DNA of 64,000 nt. Origin: Podospora anserina. Its lineage: Eukaryota. The stretch is from assembly GCA_017654855.1 (NCBI GenBank), contig CM030334.1, positions 1,860,001 to 1,924,000 of the forward strand, written 5' to 3'. Of this stretch, positions 26,812 to 39,839 are shown piece after piece (position 1 is the first letter of the stretch; each line of letters starts with the position of its first letter). The notes under the pieces were generated by a model that saw nothing but the letters and a program-made list of their open reading frames with translations, was not told where the DNA came from and ran no database searches. The position numbers and the translations under genes were made by a program.

Positions 26812-27416
26812 TCAGCCCCCTCCTACCCCAAACCTCCCCAAAACCTCCCCCATCCTCCCCTTACAAACCTCCACCGCCTCCTTCCCCCCCCCCCAGCTCA
26901 TCCCCCCCCTACAATTCGGACACGTAGCGCTCTCCTCCTTCAACCATCGTCTTATACACCGTCCCACAATTCATCCCGTCAGCCCCCTTTCCCTTTTTCC
27001 CTCCTCTCTCAACATAACTCACCACAAAACCAATGCCCACACCCCGGCAGCGTCACCACCCCCCCTTCCCTATCCCAATCCCGTAAAATAACCCCCAAAC
27101 AAATATTACACCTCACCTTTTCCTCTTCACTGTTAAAAACTGCCAAGTAACTCCTTATGCGGGGTGAAATAACGGGCAAGTTGGCTAGGGATTCTTCCGT
27201 GGCGACGGGGGGTGGGGGTGGGGGTGCGACTTCGATTTCTGGGTCTGTGGAGAGGGAAGGGAGGGTGGAGAGGGACGAGGAGGACGAGGGTGAGGGTTGT
27301 TGTTGTTCTTCTTCTTCTTCTTCTTCTTCTTCTCCCGCGACAGAGGGGTTCGCTTGGTTGTTGCTGGTCGTGGTACTACCCCAGGGGGACGACGAGGAGG
27401 AGGAGTGGGAGGACAT
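26812..27416 (-). CDS. Small RING-finger gene with non-canonical or mutated splice acceptor (RING copy 2)
   Basis: Exon 1 ...RCNICLG...TLPGCGHWFC, donor GTGAGT at 27022, branch CTGAC, exon 2 GRCIRRWLKEESATCPNCR...GG*. The in-frame join needs a 59-nt intron ending in TGG rather than TAG (26964). Confidence 0.7.
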
Positions 27417-28972
27417 TCTGGGCTGCTATGTGATGTGGAGTACTGACAACCGATATAAAAAAACATGCGGATGGGGAAGAGGTTGTCGTCGTTGTTGTGA
27501 AAAGTAAAAATTGTCGTTGTGAAAGAAAACTACCCCAAAAAAGAATCATTTCCGCATCTGCGTCTCTGTTTGTCCTGCGGGAGGTGTTGGCAAGATGTGG
27601 AAAAGACAGGAGCGAGGTTGAAGGGGGGTTTACACATGTGGTAAAGGAGAAGACAGAAGGAAGTAAGTCATCGGTCGAGGGGTGGGATCATATGGCAGGT
27701 GCCTGTCATGGGCAGCTGCTTCTCTTGGAGAGTCACATCTTGGGTTATGTCTTGTCGAGGTTGGAGAATTCATATAGTGTAGGTTTGGTATGAACTAGAA
27801 AGTGAAAAACTGAGAGTTGATGAGCATGCTGTGGACAAGAACACAGGTGAAATATCAAGGTCTTGACAAATAGTCAACCCTTTTGCAGTCTATTGGACCC
27901 TTGACTATAACCCAAGGCGTATGAGCTGTGCTTAAAAGCTTCTTCATTGTCCTGAAAGATGTGTTGACAATCTTCAGAGGCAGATCAACCGTCTTCAAAG
28001 GCATTTCCCATCCTGGATCAGTGTTGCTGGCCGGCCGGGCTGAACTGGGCAGACACATCTTGAGAGGTAAATTCACATGAGTACAGAGTTGCTCTAGTGC
28101 AGCCAATGTGTATCGCCAAAAAGAAGAAAGCTATCACGAGTTTCGCAATATTAAAGTGAACCATGTCCATCTCTCTCCAAGCGTCGTCTCTTCCCAGCAA
28201 GCCACCACTTACACCCTCCTCACTGTCCAATCACCATCCAGCCCCCTGGACCCATCAGGATGGCGCTGGTCCACATCCTGCCAAGTGCCAGGTGTGGATC
28301 TGGGTCAGAACCTCAAGGCTACTTCCACGAGGCTTGAAGTTTCCAGTCGGCATCAATTTGGAATGAGCAAGTGCCAGAGAAAAGTCTTCTCGAACAAGGT
28401 TTGGACACCAAGATACACAAAAGGTAATGGTAGCTGCGAGACAAAATCAGGTTCGTTGGATTGAGCTATAGCGCGAGTCCGAGATTCACCACCAGATAGG
28501 TGCTCCCGAGGCTATCTCCAGCCCTGTTGTCAAGTGTAACACGGCTCAGGCCACACCGCCTAGTTGAAGCAATGAGGAACAAGAGGATAGGTACAGGGCA
28601 ACGGGCAGCGGTGAAGCATCGATGGCGAAGGCAGAAATTCCCAGAAAATATGCTGTCTAACAAAGACTCAAATGCAGGCAAGACGAGGCTACATCGCTGA
28701 AGCCGTCATCTCTGCCGTCTGCGTTCCCACTCTTCACCAACCCCATGCCTCGATAACATAACGATAGTTCTCCAGTTTCCCAATGTGTGTGTGCGAGATA
28801 ATCCCAGACCCAACGAACCGAACAGACAAAAATGCAACGCAAGAGACAAAAACCAGAGCTCTTCCCAACGTCCCCTCTCCCTCTCAACTGGTAGAAAGTG
28901 AAAGGGCCCATCATACCCGAAGTCCAGTGCCGGCAACGCCCATTAAAAACGTCTAGAGGAAAGAAAGTCGAT

Positions 28973-29558
28973 TTAGGCAGTCTCGAAACCACCAAAGGTG
29001 TTCTCGCCCGAGTATGTGATGTAAAGGAATCTGTGGCATCATCTGTTAGTGCATGGCTTCTTGATGAACAAAGCAAACAGAGCTGCACATACCCGTCCTC
29101 ATCCTTGTGCTCTTCATAGATGCTGCTCATGAGAGCAGCGGTTGGAGGCAGGACCTCATCAACGAAGATGAAGATGGCCTTCTCTGGAGAGAGTTTAATC
29201 CGTTTGCGAATAACGTAGACGAACTGGCCCACGGTGAGATCGGCCGGAACGAGGTACTTCTTCTTGTCGATGGTAGCGATGTCGCTCTTTTCAACCTTCT
29301 CACAAATAACCTAATAGAGACACACGGATGATTAGAAATGGGCTTGTTGGGATGGGTGGAGGTGAGTGAAATGGCGGTGCGACCGGTCTCGCTTCTAGGC
29401 AGCCAACGGCTCAAGACCGATGATGTCGATGATGGCTTCACCGCCAAAGAGGTTGATGGAGTACTTACGGGAATGCGGTCAGCATATTTTTGACGAATGC
29501 GCTCGGCCTCGGCCTTGCGCTTCTCAAAGGGATGCTCGTCCTTAAACTTGGATCTCAT
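28973..29558 (-). CDS. ATG8: Autophagy protein Atg8
   Basis: [68 protein letters not shown]...[22 protein letters not shown]; two introns. Confidence 0.98.
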
Positions 29559-30659
29559 TTTGGCGGGTTGGTTGTTGCTGGCTGTCGGTGTTGGCTGGGT
29601 GCTGTGGCTGGGTTGCTAGCAAGTGCTGTGTAGGTGTTGGATGCGGCGTCTGGGTATGTCTGCAAGGTAAGAGGTCAACAGCTGGATACCTGTCTGGAGA
29701 GGAAGGTGAAGGGTGGAAGAAATACCTCTCCTGGGTGATGGAAATGATGGTTGTCGGAGGAAGAAAGGTCGAGTTGAGTTAAGTTGGAGAAAGGTGGTGG
29801 CCTTGTTAAGCTGGGGGGGCTTGCGTTGCACGGGTGCTGGCTGCTGGCTGCTGGCGGGCTGTCTGGCGGACGGAGAGGCGGGGTGCCCAGATGACTAACT
29901 AGAGTTAAGCTCCCAGAGCAGTTTAGCGCGTGCCCATCAAAGGTGAATCATATGGGGCGCTCACATGGCGGACGACTGTCACCTGCTCTGGTACCGGTAC
30001 TTATGGCTTTGTGGCTTTGCGCTTGATCCATGACGCAGCCCGGCTTCTTATCGCTGGGAGCAGCCTTTAGGTCACCGAGCAGAAGCTAGACTCTTTTGGC
30101 TCACCAGAGCACGGTGAGGTCCCGGTATGAATCATCAGGGCTTCCATTTTACATTTGCAGCGAGGCAACCAAGTCCATGAACCTGTAAATACCTTATACT
30201 ATCTAGATGTCCTCACGACAGAGGACGGGAAGCTATCCATGGATCTCAATCAGGACCGGGAATGCCCCGCTTTCCTGCCTGGGAGGTGTGCCTGCAAGGG
30301 ACGACCCCGCGCCGTGTTCTCAACGTCGCGGTACAAGGAACATGGGGAGGCCCTTGTCCACCCGGCACAAAATCCCACTTGGGACTCCGGCAAAGGTCCC
30401 GGTTCCCAGGAACCCGTTCCGCAACTCTGGAATCAACGAAACGTTCGATTTCAAAAGCCAGATCAGCCGAGCCAGAATCGCTTCCAAAAAGGTGGTCTGC
30501 GGAGAGGATCTGTCACTCGGCACTGCCCGTAAGCCGTTAACTTGCCCGCCGAGTCTTGAAAAGTGGCCTCATGTTGGCGCCGAGCATCGTCTGATCCCAA
30601 GTACCGAATTGACCAACTCTCCGCCAACGGGCCGGCTTATATATAAGAGCTGCTCGAAC

Positions 30660-31942
30660 ATGGCCTCCCGTCGTCAAGCTGCCCGTTTCTTGTCGCAGTT
30701 CAAGTTACGTCCTCAATTGGCCTCCAGGAGAAGCCTTTCAACCTTGCCCAGCTCGACATCTTCAAGCTCGACGTTTGTGCCGTGGGCCAGATACGCCGGG
30801 TTGGCAGCTTTCGGTCTGATTGCTTCTGTGCCATTAACCTACGCCATGGTATGCTCCCTTTGAAGCCGCCGCTCGCATCTCAGCAAGCTAACAGCTATCT
30901 CCCCCCCCCCCAGGCCGTCACAGAACCCCTCAGCATGGACTCCCTCAGTCTCGCCGAGCGCGACCAGCAACAAAAGAAGAACGAGGGCGTCTCCGAAACC
31001 TCCCCCATGCGCCTCCGCATGGAAAAGTTTATCAAGGAGCAACAAGAACAGATTGTAAAAGCCCTCGAAGAGGTAGACGGAACGAAATTCCGAAAAGACG
31101 AATGGCAGCGCAAGGAAGGCGGCGGCGGCATCACCTGCTGCCTCCAAGACGGCAAGGTCTTTGAGAAGGCCGGCGTCGGCGTCAGCGTTGTCTACGGCAC
31201 CCTCCCCAAGCCCGCCATCATGAAAATGAGCGCCAACCACAAGAACATCGCCCCCGACGGGGAAGTCCCCGAGAGCCTCGAGTTCTTCGCCGCCGGCCTC
31301 AGTCTGATCGTTCACCCCAAGAACCCCATGGCGCCAACGGTCCACCTCAACTACAGATACTTTGAGACGGCCAAGCCGGACGGGTCATCGGGGGCGTGGT
31401 GGTTCGGCGGCGGCAGTGATTTGACACCCAGCTATCTCTTCGACGAAGACGCGATACAGTTCCACAGAGATCTCAAGGAGGTCTGCGACAAGCACAACAA
31501 GGATTACTACCCGAAATTCAAAAAGTGGTGCGACGAGTACTTTTACAACAAGCACCGCGGCGAGGCGAGAGGGATCGGCGGCATCTTCTTTGACGACTTG
31601 GATGAAACCGTGTCTGACAAGGAGAACACGTTTGCTTTTATCCAGGACTCGCTCAAGTCGTTTATCCCGACATATGTCCCTATTGTGCTGAAGCGCAAGG
31701 ACATGCCCTTTACCGAGGCGGAGAAGGACTGGCAGCAGATCAGGAGAGGGAAATACGTCGAGTTCAACCTTGTGCACGATCGGGGGACGTCGTTTGGGCT
31801 GAACACGCCTGGCGCGAGAGTGGAGAGCATCCTTATGAGCATGCCGTTGACGGCGAGCTGGAGGTATATGCACGAGCCTGAGCCGGGGAGCAGGGAGGCG
31901 AGGCTGGTGGAAATCTTGCAGAACCCAAAGGAGTGGGTGTAG
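30660..31942 (+). CDS. HEM13: Coproporphyrinogen III oxidase (oxygen-dependent)
   Basis: FEKAGVGVS, HPKNPMAPTVHLNYRYF, WWFGGGSDLTP, RGIGGIFFDD, QQIRRGKYVEFNLVHDRGTSFGL. ATG 30660, intron 30849-30913. Confidence 0.96.
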
Positions 31943-32210
31943 TTGATGAGGGTTTGAAAATCTGAAAATTGTATTTAGCGGTTTCATGTACATTAAGTAT
32001 GTAACGTCTGGGGGGAATATTGTACAAAATTTGAAAGAAATAGATTTCGAGTTCTGAGCTTCATACGTCGACGGACATGACCAGTGCACGGGGCATCAAC
32101 CTTTGACTTTCAACTCCAACCACCAGCATCAGCACTTCACTTGGATGCACACTCTCTTTCTCAAAACGGATAACATCCTCTTTATCCCTTGTTAGTTTTC
32201 CACAAGAAAG

Positions 32211-32930
32211 ATGACCCTACCCACCCCACGACACTTCCTCACCAACCTCATAAACCGCCTCCCCACCATCCCCCTGGAACCACCTCAACCCCCATCAATC
32301 AACCGAACGCCCAACAGCAACGCCCTCTCCCGCATCCCCGTCTCCCACCGCCACCTAATCATAACCCTTCACGTCCTCTTCCCCAACCTCGTCCTCCCCT
32401 CCCTCGACCTCCTCGACCGCGGCCTGGTTCAGAAACTCGCCCTCTCTGACAAGATCAAATCCGAAGAGCCAGAAGATGATCAAGCAGAAGATGTGAGAGG
32501 CGCGATATACGTGGTGTATTCCACCACCGCCGCCCCGTCCCGCAGACGCAAATCAGTCAAGCCCGACCCCGACGATGAAAGGGTGGGAAATCGAGAAAAC
32601 AGCCAAAAATATGTGGTGCATTTACAGGCATGGAACTGCACCTGCGCGGCGTTTGCTTTCTCCATCGTTCAATCACTCCTGGACGAACAGCCTCCCCAAA
32701 TACCACCAGAGTTACACTTGGCAGAAATCACAACAGACGACGACAAGAAAGAATGGGAGTTTGGTGGCATGTCAACTGATGGGAAGGCCCCAAACGGGGG
32801 ACAAATCCCCACATGTAAACACCTCCTCGCCTGCCTCCTGGCCGAGAGATGGGGCAATGCGCTAGGGGGGTACGTAACCTCCAAACAGGTGGGAAAGGGG
32901 GAGATGGCTGGGATTGTTGCTGATGTTTAA
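32211..32930 (+). CDS. SWIM zinc-finger protein (Sws1/ZSWIM7, Shu-complex-like)
   Basis: 239 aa; LHVLFP..VLPSLDLLDRGLV, YVVHLQAWNCTCAAFAFS...PTCKHLLACLL (CxC...CxH). Confidence 0.75.
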   Translation: MTLPTPRHFLTNLINRLPTIPLEPPQPPSINRTPNSNALSRIPVSHRHLIITLHVLFPNLVLPSLDLLDRGLVQKLALSDKIKSEEPEDDQAEDVRGAIYVVYSTTAAPSRRRKSVKPDPDDERVGNRENSQKYVVHLQAWNCTCAAFAFSIVQSLLDEQPPQIPPELHLAEITTDDDKKEWEFGGMSTDGKAPNGGQIPTCKHLLACLLAERWGNALGGYVTSKQVGKGEMAGIVADV

Positions 32931-33204
32931 TCTTGAGTGGGGGCAGAAGCAAGAATGGAGTCGAAGAAGCTGGAGGTCAATGTGTAGAACTGGGCCTTCG
33001 TGGTCATTAGTTGTGATTCAAAGCAACACGGCTTAGAAACGAGGCATAGTTAAATATTAATAACACGCCCACTGTGTCCCCATCATCGGGCAAAATCTAT
33101 GGTTCCTTCTTCGTACAATCATTTCATTTGTATGTGGTTGCGGGCTTGTCTCTGAGTCCCAGTGCTCGCCGTCTAAGACCCCTAGGTCCACTCACTCAGA
33201 GTAT

Positions 33205-34376
33205 TTACTTCTTCTTCTCCTTGCCCTCCTTCTCTTTATCTCCCTCCCTGGCATCCCCGTTCGCCGCTGGACCACCCTCCTTCTTCTCCCCATCCTTCCC
33301 ATTCGCCGCCTCCTCCTTTTTGGCCGCCTCCTTCTCCTCGGCCTGCTGCCTGTTCTGGTTCTTGTTTTCGATCAAGTCGTGGAAAGCGGTGATGGCGCGA
33401 ATCAAACTGCTAAGGTAGATGGCCATGAGCTGGTCGTTGGTCTTGATGCTCATGGCGTGCTGGAGGTCACTGTCGGCCTTGCCGCCGGATTTGGGCGTCG
33501 ATAGGTTGGGCAGCAGGTTGAAGATGTCTTGCAGGTTGCCGAGAATCGTGTGGTTGACGGGGAGCTCGCCGTCAAGGACCTTTTGCAGGTAGATTTGGAT
33601 GTCTCGCAGGCGGAAGTGGAGGCCTTGGAGGGACTGGAGCTGGTTCGTCACGCGGGTGGATAGTGTGCCGACGGCTACGTCACGAATGTCGCGGAGGAGG
33701 TGCTCGACACCGATTTCTTCGGCCTCTTCAGCTTCGATGATGGACGGTATGTGGACAAAGGTCTTGGAAGCGGTGGTTCCGTCCTGGGAGGGGCAGTCAA
33801 GAGGTTAGCTGCTGGGGAGCAATTCGACAGAAAAGAGGCAACACATACATCCTTGATCTCCTCCGTAGCAAAGTACGCGTCTGTGGGCACGCCCGACTCC
33901 TTTGGCTGGACATCAATGATGACCAGCAATGGGTTGGGGGTGTAGCGCTTGAAGAGCTCGTTGATTTCGAGATCCGAGGCCCGCAGCTTGGGGCCGGAAT
34001 GGTACCACCCTATGAGCTTCTCTCTCGCATTGACCTTCTTGAACATGTCGTTCATGTTCTCGATATAGTTATGGTCGATGAACCAGACTGTGGGGTCCTT
34101 CTCGTCTTCCTCAAAGGGAACTGTGATGATGATGGGCTCAGGTCAGCATGCGATTAGCAGCTGGACGGGTTGGCGATGAATCCCACCTGCGAAGCTGTTT
34201 GACACCCGCACATTCTTGCCATCGTTTTGCCCCAGCAGAACACCGACTACCCGCTTGCTCTTGGACGTGTTGGCATCGGTACGGTTGTAGTGGTCGACAA
34301 CGGAGAGGAGGACGAGGGGCGCAACCGAGACGCTGCGCGACACCAGCGAGAGCGTCTCTTGGGTTGTGGTGGGCAT
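33205..34376 (-). CDS. RPN8: 26S proteasome regulatory subunit Rpn8 (MPN domain)
   Basis: [15 protein letters not shown]...RVVGVLLG...[16 protein letters not shown]...[19 protein letters not shown]...[13 protein letters not shown]...[16 protein letters not shown]; two introns. Confidence 0.97.
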
Positions 34377-35010
34377 GTTGCAGTGGGCGAGCAGCACTTG
34401 TCGTCGGGGGTGAGGGCGGCGGGCGGCAGGGAGATGTCAAAGTAATGCAATCGGGGCCGTGGGGTATCGCTGGTGCTAAAACAGTTGTTGGGTCAAGATG
34501 GGACTATTGCAAGTAGATTTGGTTGTTTGGGTCTCTGTTGTCGTCGTCACTGGCTTCGCTGCCTCGCCAGATTCAAGGTGAGTACCCAATCGGGCTAGCT
34601 TCAGGTGCGGGTGGGCTGCTCTGGGTGTCTGGGAAGCGCAAGGCTGTGGTCGAGGCACGGGGCAAGGGCGGGCTGAGGACCTCACCGCCTGCTTTGTTGG
34701 GCAGCTTACATCATCGTAGCGCCAGTCTGGATGGGGTTAGCGTCTTATTTTGAGCATCCTCTTTGGTGCTGGTTCGGCCGGCACTGCATGACAGGTGCGT
34801 CAGCCATGGCTTGGCAGGGCCCGGGGTTGATCATCGGCCCATATCAAGAGACAGGCCCCTCCATTCTTTCAAGTCTGGGGAACCATCTCCCCTCCAACAT
34901 ATTGTCAACGTCAACGTAAACGACATTTATTGTATCGCCAGCAAATATTTACCCGGGAATATCCAGTTCTACTCTCTTGCCCCGAGAACTACCCAACCAA
35001 CACCGATACC

Positions 35011-35374
35011 ATGAGAGTCTTCTCTTTCCTTATCGCGGCCCTGACCTTTTTCTCTGGCGTCATTGCCGTGGACATCCAAAAGTCGGTCCTGATCAGCTAC
35101 CCCCCCGAGACCCCCGATTCGGTTGTCGACAATGCCAAGAAGGCCATCAAGGATGCCGGAGGAGTCATTACCCACGAGTACACTTTGATCAAGTAAGTTG
35201 CGGTCAGCGTGCAACCACATGTGCAAAGATTCTAACACTGTATTCAGGGGCTTCGCGGCCAAGGTTGGAGAGAAGGTATTGGAGACTGTTACTGCGTGGG
35301 GTGAGGAGTACAAGGTCTCGGTCGAGGAAGACGAGGAGGTGCACACCATGGGCGGCAGCCACATTGGAATCTGA
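35011..35374 (+). CDS. Small secreted peptidase inhibitor I9-like protein
   Basis: Signal peptide MRVFSFLIAALTFFSGVIA; AKKAIKDAGGVITHEYTLIK|GFAAK...SVEEDEEVHT; one intron about 35193-35247. Confidence 0.85.
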
Positions 35375-36577
35375 CGAAGGAAAAAAACGACAAAGGAAAA
35401 GAATCAAGTAACGATGGGTCATGAGGGGCGCCCTGAATGAGGGCTCCTTGTGCGACGATGGACTACACTGATTGGCGTTATCTGGATGGTTGGGTGGTTG
35501 AATAGACCTGCTGGGTCCTGTACACGAGGGTAGTGTTATTGGTTATTCGCGAATTAGTTCTGAATACGTTATGCGTGTGGTGTGGTGTGGTGTTGAAGAT
35601 GGAGCTGTGTGGCATGGTAAGATGCTTCTACTGACTTATAACCCAACTTGGAACATCGGTACCCAAGGTTGGGGCATGAACATCCACAGCCTCGGCTTAC
35701 TCTTCCAGCAGCTTTGCTCAGTTAGAGGAGCTCATAGCACTCTCGACGAAGGTCTCCATGACTACGAGTCCTGTTGGCATGGAAACAAACTACCTAGTAA
35801 AACAGATTGCCAACGCTCAGTTGGGATCACCTGCGCCGGTGCCATACATACCATTCCCGGCGTTGAAGTTCCTAGTCAACGTTAGATCCACCAACAGCCT
35901 CGTGGTTCGGATGTGGGTAACAACCACTACCAACACCTCATGGCAAACAGAAAGCTCCTATTTCCGGGTTAAATTAATGATAAAGTCAACCAGAAACACA
36001 GGAATCGGTACCTATTCATGCATTATTATGGTTACGTGGGAGGTCCATGAGCACTGCGGCCCGGGCCAATCTGTGGGGAAGTTTTGGCGCTAATCAGGCC
36101 TGGAGCTTCTGTAAGGATGTGGCCAGAGCGCATCGTCTCCGACTGAACAATGGCTTCCTCGCTCCGCATCTGAACCTCGACTCCGACCCGTGCGACCATG
36201 AAACGACAAGAGCCCCGATTCAGGCAATAACACTTCAGCATTGTATTGTAAACCACGCCTTGTACCGTGTAAAAACCATGGGACTCGGGTCCTTTGCACT
36301 CCACGTCCAGCCTTTGCACTCTTGACGTTCGCCATCACCACGGCCCACCCCCTTTAATATACCATCCCAACTTACCCTTCCTATCTCCAACATCCAGCAC
36401 CTAGTCGGATACACTCATACCCTACCTAGACGGACTACAGATACCACCTACTACTGCAGGAACACAAACATCACTCCACCCCGAGGGAATACAGCCCATC
36501 TACCAACACCTGATACTGAGATTACACCCACGACTAATCCACGCCGACCTGCCGGCAGCCCGCAGTCCTGTTCCACC

Positions 36578-39153
36578 ATGGCACAACACAGCCCTCACAC
36601 CCAAACCGCCCTCTTGAAATGGGTTAATACCTTCGACACACGCCGCAAGGCCGGCTCCTTGCAGGACCTGCGAGATGGCATAATACTGGGCCAGATCCTC
36701 GAAAAGATGCTGGCCCCTGAATTCCAAAGCTCGAGCCTCATCCAGGCCCCCAGATCAGAATCCGACAAGAAACAAAACCTCGAGACCGTCTACCGCGGTC
36801 TGGCGAGGTTCCTCCGCACCGACAACCCCCTCCTTGCCCCCTCGCCCTCCGAGTTCCGAGCCATCGCCGAGAACCCAGACGACAACGCTCTCTGCGAGTT
36901 CCTCTCGGCCTTCCTCACAGCAGCCTGCCTGGGGTCTCTGTCGAGGACATACGTCCCCAAGGTTTTGACCCTTGACAAGGCAAGCCAGGGGGAGATTGCC
37001 AAGATCATCAGCCAAAAAAGTCAGCTCAAGGAGGAAAGGGAAAGCAAACGAGGGGAGGGTGACTCTGGGGAAGAGGAGGACCTCGACATTCAGGATGCCC
37101 GGGACCCCGAGCTCATGCAGGAGGAACTGGACCAGATGCGCGACAAGGTGGAAATCCTTAAGAAGCAAAATGCTGATTTGCAAACCCGTCTCGACAAGCT
37201 GCTCGATACAAGAGAAGCCGTTTTGCATGACCTGAGGGTATCACAGGATGAGCTCCAGACACTGAAGCGGACCAGGGGGCAAGATGCCTCGGTGGCGATC
37301 CGGGACATGCGCAACGAGGTTCGCGAGAAGATGGACGAGATCGACCGATTGGAGGTTTTGCTCGACAAGGAAACAGCTCGGGCGGCCAGGCTAGAAAAGG
37401 AAAACGAGACTCTACGGGCCAAGGCCGAGAGAATTGTGGAACTTCAGGACAAGGTCACGCTGCTGGAGCATGAAACGAAACAGCAGCAGCAAATGATCAA
37501 GGGACTCGAAAACTACAAGAAAAAGGCCCAGGACCTGACGGCTATCCAGCAGCGCAACCGGATCCTCGACGAGCAGGTTCAGCAGTACGAGGCGGAAATG
37601 AAACTGTTTGAGGAGGTCAAGGAGCAAAACCGGAGATTGCAAAAGGAAGTCGACGAGAAAGTCCGGGTGCTGTCTAGCAACGAGCAGGAAATTATCTACA
37701 CCCTCCAATCCAAGAATGTCCTCCAAGACACCAACGAGGAACTCAAGAGAAAGGTTGAGTATCTGGAATCCAAGCGCCAGCTTGACGAGGCCACCATTAG
37801 GGAGCTCCAGGAACAACTGCAACTGGGAGATATCATGCAGCCAAGTGGCTCCGAGAGTCCAGGGGCCGGCGCGACAAAATTCAGTCTTGAACATGAGCTG
37901 GAGGGCACATCGGATCCAACGGTGGCTCTGCGGCTGGAGGTCCAAAAGCTCAAGGCCGAGAACAACCTTTTACGAAATAACATGGCTGTGGCTTCTGAAA
38001 ATGAAAGACTGCGGAACGAGCTCGATCTTGCTGGTCAGAGAGTGGATCACTATCGCGAAACGGCCACGGATGAGATGGAGAAGCACGCCGTGGCCCAGGA
38101 ACAGATAGAGGCACTTATTGCCAACGCCATTATTCATGAGGAGTTAGTAGCGGAACCCGAGGTTTTTAATAGACATGTACTGATGTTTGGCTATCTAGGG
38201 ATGCGGCATTTGTCAATATGCGTCAACAGCTGCTCGAAACCACCAAGGAATGCGAGGCCGCTAGGAAACGCATTGTGGAGCTCGAGCAGTTGACCAATGA
38301 CAGAGAGCGGGAAATTATACAGGTCAAGGCAGAATGTATGTTGGAGGAATTCTGGACTATTTTTTACAAGATGCTAACTTGGCTGACGATGCAGTGGAAG
38401 CTGTCGGACAAGAGCAGTCCGAGGCGCTCGAGGTGCTCAAGTCATCTGACGAGCTCATCTCGGCGTCTCTGCGCACCGAGCTAGAAGCCACCCGCAAGCA
38501 GCTGAAGCACAAGGTGTTTGAGCTCGAGCAGATGAAGGACCAGCTGATGGGTGTGCTGGTGTCCAAGGACAAGACGCAAAAGCGGCTGGACGATGCGCTG
38601 GCAGCAGCGGCGCCCAATGGGCAGCAGCAGGCAGACGAGGCAACGCCTGCCAAGAGCAAGAAGGAGGACGCCGAGAAGATCGAGAAACTCAAGACTGCGC
38701 TGAAGCAGAAGCTGGAGGTAAGTACCGATTCTTCCTCTCGTCTTGCATCCCCCCACGTGAGCTTCACGTTGGGTCGCGAGCGTCTCGAGGATGTGTTTGT
38801 CTCGTCCACATCATCAAAGCAGCCTCGTCCTCTCGGGCAAACGCCTCCTGAACTGTCGGATGCTCAGGGGTCAAGCGATTTGAGCCAGGCGACGGACGAC
38901 AACTCCTCTCCTCTTGACAGTCCTGCTTCTTCCTCTTCGACCCTGTCCTCGGTGGATGATTACCTCGAGGTCAGGGATGATGAGGACTTGTCGTCGTCAG
39001 CGGCAGCGGGCAGGACGACGCGGGGGAGGCCACGGCTCGACAGCGCCAGCTCGCCTGGCGGTCTTGCACCTCCCATCAAAACCTTTTGGTACAAGGACAA
39101 TAAAGGATGGCTTCCCGGTTTACGGAACATGTTCAACGGCTAGCACACATCTT

Positions 39154-39229
<76 letters not shown>

Positions 39230-39839
39230 AACTTTTAAACTGAGCTTTTTGTCTTTTTTGCCCGTCACATCCCTCCTTACATCATCATATCCTCACATCA
39301 CACATTGATCTCTGCGAGTACAACATTTTTTGCTCCTTCTTTTTGGGTTGAGAATCTTGATTCACTGATTCGTGATGTTTTTTTTTTTGAAAATATAGCA
39401 ACTCGAAAAGTCGGAACAAGACAAGTATGAGCTACAGAGGAAGCTGAAGGTGATGGAGAATGGGGGGGCGTATGCTGCTCAAAAGGTATGTTTTGTCTTC
39501 CTATCACATTTTTTTATCATCCCAACCTGCAAACTTTTATTCGTCAACATGTATATGCTAACCCCACCTTTGTGTGTGAAGGCGGCCAACGACCAAATCA
39601 TAAAGACGTTGCAAAAGGAAAACGCCATGATCACGACGGCGTGGTATGATTTGAGCTCGAGGCTGCAGAGCAACCATGTGGTGCTGGCCAGGAGGCAGGA
39701 CGCGCCGAAGAGCTGGATTAATAAGCAGAGGCAGATGGTTAATGGTGAGTTCTTTTTGGGGGGAGAGCGAGAGGGGGTGAGGATGTTGAATGCTGACTGG
39801 TGATTTATTGGTGGGGGGTTAGCTACGCCGAGGAGATAG
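36578..39839 (+). CDS. Hook family dynein/early-endosome adaptor (HookA/Hok1-like)
   Basis: N-terminal ALLKWVNTF...LQDLRDGIILGQIL Hook domain, long coiled coils, C-terminal ENAMITTAWYDLSSRLQSNHVVLARRQDAPKSWINKQR. Five introns, including 38718-39398. Confidence 0.88.
39160..39227. repeat. (CA)n microsatellite of about 34 units in the long Hook intron
   Basis: Uninterrupted CA run. Confidence 0.97.

Noticed and set aside
27855-28464. Short ORFs with repeated LPLK-like segments
   Set aside because: Possibly a gene relic, but no consistent frame or family could be reconstructed.
35700-36340. Cys/His-containing short ORFs checked as a further RING copy
   Set aside because: Ligand spacing does not fit a RING and there is no matching intron.
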